NCBI GenBank assembly: GCA_963707635.1
Contig: OY970173.1
Coordinates: forward strand, 2,368,001 to 2,432,000
DNA: 64,000 bases
Reading direction: 5' to 3'
DNA from: Candidatus Latescibacterota bacterium
Lineage (GTDB): Bacteria > Krumholzibacteriota > Krumholzibacteriia > WVZY01 > JAKEHA01
Shown: in pieces, positions 49,522-58,646 of the stretch
Layout: the number at the start of each line of letters is the position of its first letter
Position numbering within the stretch: position 1 is the first letter of the stretch
Notes under the pieces: generated by a model
Told to the model about the DNA's origin: nothing
The model's database searches: none
What the model saw: only the letters and a program-made list of their open reading frames with translations
Program-made: the position numbers and the translations under genes

Positions 49522-50065
49522 AGGGTTTGACCACCGAATACTGGGCGCCGGTACGGCCCAAACGGCTTTCCGTGAGCGTGAAGGTGGAAACGCGGAAGAC
49601 GGGAGTGACAAGCGCGGGGACAGTCGCCAGCCTCGCCGCCACCGACGCCGGCAGCGGCTCCTTGACGCGCGCCACCGTCACGTGGGCGTGGAAAGGACGC
49701 GATTCCGGTTTCAATCCGATCGCGGCCTCGAGCGCGGTGTCGATTTCACGCGCCAGCGCGGCGAGCGCGGGCGCACCCTGCTCCACCCGGTAGAAGAGCA
49801 CGCGCGGCGAGCGCAGGTCGGGAAACGCCCCGAAGCGGCCGAGCGTCCCGTCGAAGGCAGCGTGGTGTGAGCGCACGTCCTCGAGCGCCACCAGCGCGCG
49901 TTCGAGCTGGTCGCTTGATGTCTCGCCCAGGAACTTGAGGGTCAGGTGCCAGGTCTCCGGCGAGGACCACCTCCACGGGGGCCGCTCGACCGGGAATCGA
50001 TCGATCGCGTCGCGAATCGCGGCGCGGATGGTGTCGTCGAAGTCGACGGCGACGAAAAGGCGCAT
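49508..50065 (-). CDS. thpR: RNA 2',3'-cyclic phosphodiesterase (2H family)
   Basis: MRLFVAV, HLTLKFLG, FHAHVTVAR. Confidence 0.93.
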   Translation of the reverse strand: MRLFVAVDFDDTIRAAIRDAIDRFPVERPPWRWSSPETWHLTLKFLGETSSDQLERALVALEDVRSHHAAFDGTLGRFGAFPDLRSPRVLFYRVEQGAPALAALAREIDTALEAAIGLKPESRPFHAHVTVARVKEPLPASVAARLATVPALVTPVFRVSTFTLTESRLGRTGAQYSVVKPFALP

Positions 50066-50066
50066 C

Positions 50067-51314
50067 TCACCCCCGGCGTCGCAACTGGTCGTACAGGAGC
50101 CACAGCGCGCCGTGGGCGGCGCGGTCGCGGATGGCGCCGCGGTCGCCCGGATAGATGACGCGCCGGACCTGCGAGCCGCCCTCCCACGCGACACCGATGA
50201 ACGTGAGTCCAACCGGCTTGTGCGGCGTGGCCCCGCCGGGTCCCGCGATGCCGGTGGTGGCGATCCCGTACGTCGCCTTCCCTCGCCGGCGGATGCCATG
50301 CGCCATTTCCGTGCACGTCTCCTCGCTCACGGCGCCGAATTGTTCCAGGGTTTCGCCTCGCACGCCGAGAAGGTCCACCTTGCTCTCGTTCGAGTACGCG
50401 ACCACGCCTGCGCGGAAGTAGTCGCTGCTGCCCGTGTGCTCGGTGGCGAGGCGACCGATGGTTCCACCGGTGAGCGACTCCGCGGCGGCGAGGGTCTCGC
50501 CGCGCGCCTTGAGGAGGTCGCCGACCACCTGCGCCAGAGTGCGCTCTCCGCGTTCGTAACACTTCGTGCCCAGGACTTCCTCGAGCCGGGCGTGCAGCCG
50601 TGCCGCCTCCGCGTCGAGGTGCTCCGTGTCCGCGCCCGGCTTCTGCGTCAATACGACGTCGACGCCGGCCACGTTGGGCAGCCACGAGATCGAGTACGCG
50701 TTCACACGCCAGGCGTCGGCGCCGACAGCGTCCACCAGCTGGGACTCGCCCACGCCGATGGTCCGAAACGTCTCCACCCGCAGCCTCGGCCGGGCGAACG
50801 CGCGCTCGAGGCGCGCGAGCACGAACGACTCCACCATCGGTTGCAGCTCTCCCGGCGGGCCCGGCAGCACGAACACCAGCGTGTCGCCCGCCGCCGCGCA
50901 GAAACCGGACGCGGTGCCGCGCTCGTTCACGATGATCTCGGCTCCGACCGGAAAGTGGGCCTGGCGGCGATTGGCCTCGGTGGCGACCCGCCCGCGTGTG
51001 CCGAAGAACGCCTCGATGCGTTTCCATTCGTCCTCGTGAAACTCGAGCACCGCGTCCAGCGCCTCGGCCACGCCTTCGCGGGTGGTGTCGTCGTCGGTGG
51101 GGCCGAGGCCGCCGGTCACCACCAGCGCCCGCGTGTGCGATATCCGGGAGCGCACCACCTCCGCAATCTTCGCCACATCGTCGCCGACGGTGTGCGCCGC
51201 GTGTACCCGCACCCCGTGGCGCGCGCACGCGCGCGCAATGAACGGCAGGTGGGCGTCGCGGCGTTCGCCGCGCAGGAGCTCGTCGCCGACCAGGACGACT
51301 TCGACATCGTGCAT
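50067..51314 (-). CDS. cinA: CinA competence/damage-inducible protein (MoCF-like domain plus NMN deamidase PncC)
   Basis: VGDELLRG, TGGLGPTDDDTT, LPGPP, AESLTGG, TTGIAGPGG...KPVGL. Confidence 0.93.
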   Translation of the reverse strand: MHDVEVVLVGDELLRGERRDAHLPFIARACARHGVRVHAAHTVGDDVAKIAEVVRSRISHTRALVVTGGLGPTDDDTTREGVAEALDAVLEFHEDEWKRIEAFFGTRGRVATEANRRQAHFPVGAEIIVNERGTASGFCAAAGDTLVFVLPGPPGELQPMVESFVLARLERAFARPRLRVETFRTIGVGESQLVDAVGADAWRVNAYSISWLPNVAGVDVVLTQKPGADTEHLDAEAARLHARLEEVLGTKCYERGERTLAQVVGDLLKARGETLAAAESLTGGTIGRLATEHTGSSDYFRAGVVAYSNESKVDLLGVRGETLEQFGAVSEETCTEMAHGIRRRGKATYGIATTGIAGPGGATPHKPVGLTFIGVAWEGGSQVRRVIYPGDRGAIRDRAAHGALWLLYDQLRRRG

Positions 51315-51345
51315 CACGTGGGGTGTCATCGGGTCGGGGGGGTGA

Positions 51346-51753
51346 TCACGGTTGCGCGTCCGGAGCACCATCCAGCCACGCCAGCGCTTCGTCCATGGTC
51401 CGAAACACGCGCACCGCTTTCGTGCTGCGAGGATCGAGCTCGCGATACGTCGAGTACATGCGCCCCAGCCCGAACGCGAGGTCGCCCGGGGCCACGATCG
51501 CAAACCGGGACGCCTGGCTCGGGTGGTCCATGCCGGCCGCCAGCGCGGCCAGGTCCCGCATCCCGTCCGCCGACGGCGCTGGCACGTCGATGTGATCGGC
51601 GGCGCTCACGTCGACGATCTGGTCGAACCCGGCGACCTCGGGCCGCGCCCACACGTCGTGCTGGTAGGCGTAGATGTCCTGCTCGGTCACGACCCCCGAC
51701 CCGCGCGCGACCACGCGGCGGCGGTCATGGTCGATCTGGTATTCGATTGGCAT
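51346..51753 (-). CDS. Hypothetical small alpha/beta protein (STAS/SpoIIAA-like)
   Basis: MPIEYQID...FDQIVD...RFAIVAPGDLAFGLGRMY...VRVFRTMDEALAWL; typical codon usage. Confidence 0.7.
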   Translation of the reverse strand: MPIEYQIDHDRRRVVARGSGVVTEQDIYAYQHDVWARPEVAGFDQIVDVSAADHIDVPAPSADGMRDLAALAAGMDHPSQASRFAIVAPGDLAFGLGRMYSTYRELDPRSTKAVRVFRTMDEALAWLDGAPDAQP

Positions 51754-51800
51754 ATGACCCTGATGATACCGCCGCGCGCGCGTTTCGGGGACCCGGGATT

Positions 51801-52268
51801 TCAGACCAAGAAACGGCCGAGCACCGGGGTGACGAACGAGGCCAGCACGAGCGCGGCGCGCGAGTACACCCCCGCCAGCACGTCGTCGGCCACGACTCCC
51901 CACCCACCCGGGAAGGACTGTAGCCGGTCGATCGGAAACGGCTTCCACACGTCGAAAATCCGGAAGAGCGCGAACGCTGCAATCACCCCGGCGAACGTCG
52001 GCTCGGCGGCGACGAGCACGATTTGGATGCCGACGATCTCGTCGATCACGACGCAGTGCGGGTCCTTGCCGTACCTCGTCTCCATGGCCGTGGAAGCGGG
52101 AACCGAGAGGATGGCGGTGACCAGGCATACCAGCGGATGCACCAGCCACTCGCCACCGGGCACGAGCCGGTATACAAGGAGGAACACCGCGGTCGCGAAC
52201 GTCGCCGGGGCGAACGGAAAATGTCCGCTGTAAGCGAACGTGGCGAACGCGCGGACAAGCGCCTTCAC
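51801..52268 (-). CDS. pgpA: Phosphatidylglycerophosphatase A
   Basis: PFAPAT, KDPHCVVIDEIVG, LFRIFDVWKPFPI, GVVADDVLAG. Confidence 0.93.
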   Translation of the reverse strand: MKALVRAFATFAYSGHFPFAPATFATAVFLLVYRLVPGGEWLVHPLVCLVTAILSVPASTAMETRYGKDPHCVVIDEIVGIQIVLVAAEPTFAGVIAAFALFRIFDVWKPFPIDRLQSFPGGWGVVADDVLAGVYSRAALVLASFVTPVLGRFLV

Positions 52269-52417
52269 CCGACCACCTGGCCACGTGCGCGCGCGAGGCG
52301 GCGAAGGCGTGGAGTGGGCGCTGGAGATGACGCGTGGTTCGTCATGAAGAAAAACTCGTTGCGGGGCGACGACGGAATAGTATCACGTTTGACAGACGGA
52401 CGGTATACTGGCACGCG

Positions 52418-53308
52418 ATGCAATTCGCCGACCCGCCGAGTCCGCGCCGCACGGTCGCCCTCACGGCCCTCACGATGGTGGCATTCGCCTCCAATTCGAT
52501 TCTCTGCCGCCTCGCCCTGCAGACGCGCGCCATCGATCCGGCCAGCTTCACGCTGGTGCGCATTCTCGCGGGCGCCGTCGCCCTGCTGGTCATCGTACGG
52601 ATGGTCAATCCGGCTGCGCGCGTAGTCTCGCTCCGGCGGTGGACCGGCGCGGCGTTCCTGTTTCTTTACGCGGCGGCGTTCTCGTTCGCGTACACGAGCT
52701 TGAGCGCCGGGACGGGTGCGCTGATTCTGTTCGGGTGCGTACAGGCGACCATGCTCGCGGTCGCGCTCCGCTCGGGCGAACGACCGCGCCCGCTGGAATG
52801 GATCGGGCTGGCGATCGCGGTGGCGGGGCTCGTCTACCTGGTCGCGCCGGGCCTCCAGGCGCCCGCCCCCGTGGGGTGTGCGTTGATGGCGATCGCGGGA
52901 GTGGCGTGGGGCTTCTACAGCCTCACCGGGCGCGGGAGCACGAACCCGCTAGCCGACACGAGCCGCAACTTCACCCGTGCCGCGCCGCTGGCGCTGGCGG
53001 TCGCCCTCGTGGCGCGCCTGGCCGGCGCGGACGTCCACGCGACGCGCGCGGGCGTGCTCTTGGCGATCGCCTCCGGCGCGCTCTCCTCCGGCCTCGGCTA
53101 CGCCATCTGGTACGCGGCGCTGCGCGGGCTCTCCGCCACGCGCGCCGCCACCGTCCAGCTCTCGGTGCCGGTGATCGCCGCGCTCGGCGGCGTTTCGTTT
53201 CTCTCGGAGACAATTACGCTGCGGCTGGTGCTGTCCGCGATCCTGATCCTGGGCGGCGTGGGCGCCGCCCTCGCCGGGCGATCGTCGGGGCGGACCGCGG
53301 CGCGCTAG
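52418..53308 (+). CDS. DMT/EamA family transporter
   Basis: About 10 TM helices; FASNSILCRLAL, GTGALILFG.VQ.TM, SGLGYAIWY, VQLSVPVIAA. Confidence 0.9.
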   Translation: MQFADPPSPRRTVALTALTMVAFASNSILCRLALQTRAIDPASFTLVRILAGAVALLVIVRMVNPAARVVSLRRWTGAAFLFLYAAAFSFAYTSLSAGTGALILFGCVQATMLAVALRSGERPRPLEWIGLAIAVAGLVYLVAPGLQAPAPVGCALMAIAGVAWGFYSLTGRGSTNPLADTSRNFTRAAPLALAVALVARLAGADVHATRAGVLLAIASGALSSGLGYAIWYAALRGLSATRAATVQLSVPVIAALGGVSFLSETITLRLVLSAILILGGVGAALAGRSSGRTAAR

Positions 53309-53631
53309 CGGCGACGGCGGCGGCGCGGCTCCCAACCAAAACGATCGAGCGCGATGCGGTCATTGGCTCCGAACCGGACTCCCTCCGCTTCCAACAGCGC
53401 GCGCTGGAGCGAGTCGGCGCCGGGACTCGATCGAATGCTCACCCGCCCGGCCGCGTTCACGATCCGGTACCACGGCACCGGCGCCTGCGCCGGGAGCGCG
53501 TGCAGCGCGTAGCCCACCTGGCGCGGACCCGACGCGCGCGCGATCTCCGCAATCTGTCCATAGGTCGCCACGCGCCCCCGGGGAACGCGACGGATCGCGG
53601 CATAAATCCGACGATAGACTTCCGAGGTCAT
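53305..53631 (-). CDS. Alkyltransferase-like (ATL/YbaZ) O6-alkylguanine-binding protein
   Basis: VPRGRVATYGQIA, RQVGYAL, PWYRIV (Trp in place of the catalytic Cys), LLEAEGV. Confidence 0.9.
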   Translation of the reverse strand: MTSEVYRRIYAAIRRVPRGRVATYGQIAEIARASGPRQVGYALHALPAQAPVPWYRIVNAAGRVSIRSSPGADSLQRALLEAEGVRFGANDRIALDRFGWEPRRRRRR

Positions 53632-53785
53632 CGGCCAACACCCTCCGCGAAGGAGTCTAGCGCACGCGGCGCGCGCGCAAAACCACCTTGACGATTCCGC
53701 TCCGGTGCCGTCTTATTGAGGAAGCCGCACATCCGCCGGCCCCGGCGCCGGACCCGTTCTCACGACCGAATCAAGGACACCTTCC

Positions 53786-55189
53786 ATGCCGAGTCAACGT
53801 TCCTGGGCCGAGCCCTGGAAAGTGAAGATGGTCGAGCACCTGCGCATGACCACGCGCGAGGAACGAACGCGCGAGCTCGCCGCCGCCGGCTTCAACACCT
53901 TCCTCCTCCCGAGCCAGTACGTCTACATCGACCTCCTGACCGACTCCGGGACCTCCGCCATGAGCGACACCCAATGGGCCGGACTCATGAAGGGCGACGA
54001 GGCCTACGCCGGCTCGATGAACTTCTATCACCTGGAGTCGGCCGTGCAGAAGGTCTACGGGTACCGCCACCTGATTCCCACCCACCAGGGGCGCGGCGCG
54101 GAACACATCTTGAGCCAGCTGTGCATCCGGCCGGGCCAGGTCGTCCCCGGCAACATGTACTTCACCACCACCAAGGTGCACCAGGAGCTCGCGGGCGGGA
54201 AATTCGTTGACGTCATCGTCGACGAGGCCCACGACCCGGACAGCGAGTTCCCCTTCAAGGGCAACGTCGACCTGGAGAAGCTGGAGCGGCTCATCCGCGA
54301 CACCGGCGCCGGGAACATCGCCTACCTCTCGCTCGAGACCAACGTGAACATGGCGGGCGGCCAGCCGTGCAGCATGGAGAACATCCGCGCCGCGTGTGCG
54401 CTCTGCCACCGCCATGGCATCGCCGTCTACCTCGACGCCACTCGCGCGGTCGAGAACACCTATTTCATCAAGATGCGCGAGGCGGCGCACGCGTCGCGCT
54501 CGCTCGGCGAGATCCTGCGCGAAATCTGCGACCAGACCGACGGGTGCACGATGTCCGCCAAGAAGGACGCGCTGGTCAACATTGGCGGCTTTCTCGCCGT
54601 CAACGACGACGATCTTGCCGAGCGCGCGCGCAACATGGTGGTCATCTACGAAGGGCTGCACACCTACGGCGGCCTGGCGGGGCGCGACATGGAGGCAATG
54701 GCGATCGGGATCGAGGAATCCGTGCACCTCGACCACATGCACGCCCGCGTGGGCCAGGTGGAATACCTGGGAGAGAAGCTGCAGCAAGCCGGGATTCCCA
54801 TCGTGCGCCCGATCGGCGGGCACGGCGTGTTCATCAACGCCGCCAGGTTCCTGCCGCACATCCCGCGCGACCAGTTCCCCGCCCAGGCGCTCGCGGCCGC
54901 GCTGTACGTGGATTCCGGCGTACGCGCCATGGAGCGCGGCGCCGTGTCCGCGGGTCGCGACGCCCAGACCGGAGAAAACCTGTTTCCCGCGCTCGAACTG
55001 GTTCGGCTCACGATCCCGCGCCGGGTCTACACCCAGGCGCACATGGACGTCACCGCCGAGTCGGTGATCGCGCTTTACGAGAATCGGGACAGGATCGTCG
55101 GGCTGCGCTTCACCCACGAACCGAAACACCTGCGCTTCTTCCAGGCGCGGTTCGAGCCGGTGAGCGGCGATGCCGTGCTCCGAGGATGA
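53786..55189 (+). CDS. tpl: Tyrosine phenol-lyase
   Basis: [32 protein letters not shown] and LRFF are the TPL-type specificity residues. Confidence 0.88.
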   Translation: MPSQRSWAEPWKVKMVEHLRMTTREERTRELAAAGFNTFLLPSQYVYIDLLTDSGTSAMSDTQWAGLMKGDEAYAGSMNFYHLESAVQKVYGYRHLIPTHQGRGAEHILSQLCIRPGQVVPGNMYFTTTKVHQELAGGKFVDVIVDEAHDPDSEFPFKGNVDLEKLERLIRDTGAGNIAYLSLETNVNMAGGQPCSMENIRAACALCHRHGIAVYLDATRAVENTYFIKMREAAHASRSLGEILREICDQTDGCTMSAKKDALVNIGGFLAVNDDDLAERARNMVVIYEGLHTYGGLAGRDMEAMAIGIEESVHLDHMHARVGQVEYLGEKLQQAGIPIVRPIGGHGVFINAARFLPHIPRDQFPAQALAAALYVDSGVRAMERGAVSAGRDAQTGENLFPALELVRLTIPRRVYTQAHMDVTAESVIALYENRDRIVGLRFTHEPKHLRFFQARFEPVSGDAVLRG

Positions 55190-55241
55190 GGCGGGTGGCA
55201 TCGAGCCGGGGTCCCCGCGGACGAAGTCCCGCGGGGTGGCG

Positions 55242-55274
55242 AGATGACAGGACCCGCAAGATGACAGGACCCGC
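55242..55274 (+). repeat. Direct repeat AGATGACAGGACCCGC x2 (17-nt period) in the tpl-tnaA spacer
   Basis: Exact 16-nt copies at 55242-55257 and 55259-55274, preceded by a GC hairpin at 55213-55236. Confidence 0.85.
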
Positions 55275-55286
55275 GCTATCCGTTCT

Positions 55287-56651
55287 ATGAAAACCATCAT
55301 CGAACCGTTTCGCATCAAGGTCGTCGAGCCGATTCGCATGACCACGCCCGCGGAGCGCGAAGACATCCTGCGCCGGGCCGACTTCAACCTGTTTCGGATC
55401 CACGCCGACGACGTGCTCATCGACCTGTTGACCGACAGCGGCACCGGCGCCATGAGCAGCCTGCAGTGGGCCGGCATGCATGCGCGGCGACGAATCGTAC
55501 GCGGGGGCGAAGAGCTGGTTCGTGCTTCGAGTCGTCGGTGCGCGAGTTGACCGGCTTGCAGCACATTCTGCCCACCCACCAGGGGCGGGCCAGCGAGCGC
55601 ATCCTCTTCGAGCTGGTCGGCGGGCCCGGGAAGGTCGTCCCCAACAACAGCCACTTCGACACCACCCGCGCCAACGTCGAGCATTCCGGGCGCGCGCGCC
55701 GTCGACCTGCTCGATCCCCGAGGGCAAGGATCCGCGTTCGCGCCACCCGTTCAAGGGCAATATGGACGTCGCCGCGCTGGAGCGTCTGATCGCCGAGCAC
55801 GGCGCCGGCGCGATTCCGCTGGTGATGGTGACGGTGACCAACAACACGGGCGGCGGCCAGCCGGTGAGCCTGGCCAACCTCCGCGCCGTGCGCGCGGTCT
55901 GCGACCGGCACGGCGTTCCGCTCTTTCTCGACGCCTGCCGGTTCGCGGAGAACGCCTACCTGATCAAGAAGCGCGAGCCAGGGCAGGAGATCGCGCGCGG
56001 TCAACGAGATCGTCCGCGAGATGTTCGACCTGGCCGACGGCGCCACGATCAGCGCCAAGAAGGACGGGCTGGTCAACATCGGCGGGGTCCTGCTTGCTGC
56101 GCGACGCCGCGCTGGTCGCGCGCGCCGACGAACTCGCTGATCCTGACCGAGGGCTTCGTCACCTACGGCGGCCTCGCCGGCCGCGATCTGGAAGCGATGG
56201 CCCAGGGGTTTCGCGAAGTGCTCGACGAGGACTACCTGCACTACCGCATTCGCAGCGTCGAGTACCTCGGCGAACGGCTGCTGCGGGCCGGGATCCAGAT
56301 CGTCGAGCCGCCGGGCGGGCACGCGATCTACATCGACGCGGCGGCCTTCGCGCCGCACATCCCGCCGGAGCAGCTTCCCCGGGCAGGCGCTGGCGGTGGC
56401 GCTGTACCGCGCGGCGGGCATCCGCGCGTGCGAGATCGGGAGCGTCATGTTCGGCAAGGGACGGCAATCGGCCGGCGATGGAACTGGTGCGGCTCGCCAT
56501 TCCGCGCCGCGTGTACACGCAGAGCCACATCGACTACGTGATCGAGGCGATGGAGGAGATCGTCGGGCGGCGCGAGACGCTGCGCGGGCTCAAGATCGTC
56601 GAGGAGCCACCCTCATTGCGTCACTTCACGGCGCGCTTCGAGGAGGTCTGA
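55287..56651 (+). pseudogene. tnaA: Tryptophanase with about 9 single-base insertions (probably sequencing/assembly error)
   Basis: [11 protein letters not shown]...[39 protein letters not shown] are spread over three frames. Removing 9 nt gives about 451 aa. Confidence 0.9.
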
Positions 56652-56669
56652 CAGTATCCGCCCGGGGGC

Positions 56670-56699
56670 TTGACGTGGTGTTAAGCGCGAGCTTACAAT
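56670..56699 (+). promoter_or_regulatory. Putative sigma70 promoter
   Basis: TTGACG-N18-TACAAT upstream of the secreted-protein gene. Confidence 0.65.
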
Positions 56700-56737
56700 C
56701 GCGAGTGTCGACGGCCGCCAGGTTTGGAGATGGTCTC

Positions 56738-57445
56738 ATGAAGACTCTTGCGGTCGCGTGCTGCGTTCTTCTTTTCGCTGTGGGTGCAACAGGCGACGTC
56801 CTCTACCCTGCCGCACTGACGTTCGAACCCGGTTACGCGAGCGGCCCTCCCGCGGGCTTTCCAGTGCACGACGTGGCTCCCCACTACGGTGACCCTCTCA
56901 CGATCGTCGGTCGCGTGGCCGAAGTAAAACAGCCGTTCGACGACCTCCTGCCCGCGGACACGTACGAACTCACCTTTGTGTTCGAAGGGACCACATGCAC
57001 ACAGTGGGGCATGTGGGACGACATACCGTGTGCCGGAGGGATTTTCGGGACCTTCCAGGGTGGTACCGTGGCGATCTACCTAGACGCGTCTCCGGACGCC
57101 GACTTCGCGAACCCCCAGACATTCCATGACGGCGACCTCGTCCTGCTCGGCAGTTTGTCTATTGTGTCGGTGCTTGACAGCGACCCCTACATAGCCTGCC
57201 CACCTCGGTCGGATGAGCCAGACGTAGGTGCGTTTTTCACGTTCATCGGCGGCACGTGGTTTTCGCGCGTGAGCAACGACGGCGTCGGCTTCGATGCGAT
57301 AAGCGAGGGGGAACTGGACGACAACGTATCGGCGGAACTTCGAGCTCTGGGCTATACGTTCCGTGTGGACGGCACGGTGGACATCTACGGTCCCGTGGCT
57401 ACCGAGCCCGTCACCTGGGGCCGCGTCAAGGCGCTGTACCGGTAG
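56738..57445 (+). CDS. Secreted beta-rich hypothetical protein with C-terminal PVATEPVTWGRVKALYR motif
   Basis: GGAG RBS, signal peptide MKTLAVACCVLLFAVGATG, acidic beta-rich body, distinctive tail; lower GC than the flanks. Confidence 0.8.
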   Translation: MKTLAVACCVLLFAVGATGDVLYPAALTFEPGYASGPPAGFPVHDVAPHYGDPLTIVGRVAEVKQPFDDLLPADTYELTFVFEGTTCTQWGMWDDIPCAGGIFGTFQGGTVAIYLDASPDADFANPQTFHDGDLVLLGSLSIVSVLDSDPYIACPPRSDEPDVGAFFTFIGGTWFSRVSNDGVGFDAISEGELDDNVSAELRALGYTFRVDGTVDIYGPVATEPVTWGRVKALYR

Positions 57446-57454
57446 TCCGCGATG

Positions 57455-58039
57455 TCAGTTCTGGGATAGCTTCTTGAGGACGCCCTTCGCCACGCACTTG
57501 AGCGTGTCGAAGACCCCGTCGCCCTTGACCGCCACCGCCGGAAAGCTGGGAAACTTCTCCGGGTTGAGTTCCTGCTCCAGTTCCTCCACCGCGATCACGT
57601 CCGGCATGTCGCGCTTGTTGTACTGGAGAACGAACGGAACGTCGTCCAGCTTGAGCTTGTACTCCTCCAGATTCTCGTGGAGGTTGTAGAGACTCTCGAT
57701 GTTGGCGTCATAGCGCGCCGTCTGCGAATCGGCCACGAACACGATGCCGTCCACGCCGCGCAGAATCAGCTTGCGGGACGCATCGTAGTAGACCTGCCCC
57801 GGCACCGTGTACAGGTGGAAGCGCGTCTTGAATCCCTTCACCGTCCCGAGCTCGAGCGGGAGGAAGTCGAAGAACAATGTTCGGTCCATCTCCGTCGCCA
57901 GGGTGATGAGCTTGCCCTTGGTCGAGGGATCGACCTTCTGGTACACGTACTGGAGATTCGTCGTCTTGCCGCACAGCCCGGGGCCGTAGTAGACGATCTT
58001 GCAGTTGATCTCCCGGGAGGAGTAGTTGATGAGCGACAT
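57455..58039 (-). CDS. mglA: MglA small Ras-like GTPase
   Basis: [47 protein letters not shown]; Myxococcus-type. Confidence 0.96.
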   Translation of the reverse strand: MSLINYSSREINCKIVYYGPGLCGKTTNLQYVYQKVDPSTKGKLITLATEMDRTLFFDFLPLELGTVKGFKTRFHLYTVPGQVYYDASRKLILRGVDGIVFVADSQTARYDANIESLYNLHENLEEYKLKLDDVPFVLQYNKRDMPDVIAVEELEQELNPEKFPSFPAVAVKGDGVFDTLKCVAKGVLKKLSQN

Positions 58040-58073
58040 GTCGCTTGCCTCGACGTCGGTGCGTTAGTCTACG

Positions 58074-58571
58074 TTAGTCTTTGAACAGCGAATCGATCTC
58101 TTTGTTGAGCTCGTCGGCAAAGCCGGCGTCGAACTGCTTCAAGTCCTCGTTCTCGTACTCCAGTTTGTTGAACAACCGGTTGAGCACGTTGTCGAGGTTG
58201 TCGACGGCTTTCTTGACGCGCAGGCGCACGAGACCGAGCGTGGTGCGCTTGTTGAACAGCACCACGAGGATGATGTGCTGGGCGACGCGGGAGAGATACA
58301 TGCTCTCGTCGACGCCCTGGTGGTACAGGGTGGAGAAATCTTTCTCCCCGATCAGCTTGGCGAGTTGGGCGTTGGCCTCGAAGTCGGCCGCGCACAGCGA
58401 CGCGAAGCTCATCAGGTCGAACTCGGGCTCCATGCCGACGCTCGCGATGAGCTGGCCGGTCTTGTCGATCAAGAGGACGCTCGTCGAGTTGGAATTCTCG
58501 ATGAGCTCCTTCAGGACCGAGTTTATCGCCCAGTAGTCCTGTTCGTAGATTGTCCAGTCGGCACGTACCAT
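58074..58571 (-). CDS. mglB: MglB roadblock/LC7 GTPase-activating protein
   Basis: LIDKTGQLIA, LAKLIGEKDFSTLYHQG, TTLGLVRLRVKKA, acidic C-terminal helix EIDSLF. Confidence 0.93.
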   Translation of the reverse strand: MVRADWTIYEQDYWAINSVLKELIENSNSTSVLLIDKTGQLIASVGMEPEFDLMSFASLCAADFEANAQLAKLIGEKDFSTLYHQGVDESMYLSRVAQHIILVVLFNKRTTLGLVRLRVKKAVDNLDNVLNRLFNKLEYENEDLKQFDAGFADELNKEIDSLFKD

Positions 58572-58646
58572 AGTCGCTCCGAAGGTCGGGGGGGTCGCCG
58601 CCGGTCGGGGCCCGGGATCGGTCCGTCCGATCCAGACCCGAAAGAA

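Noticed and set aside
52265..52345. 26-codon ORF (MTNHASSPAP...) overlapping the pgpA start
   Set aside because: No RBS, low-complexity composition and no recognisable similarity; likely chance.
55242..55274. Direct repeat as a CRISPR remnant or IS target duplication
   Set aside because: Only two adjacent copies with no spacer, and no cas or transposase genes nearby.
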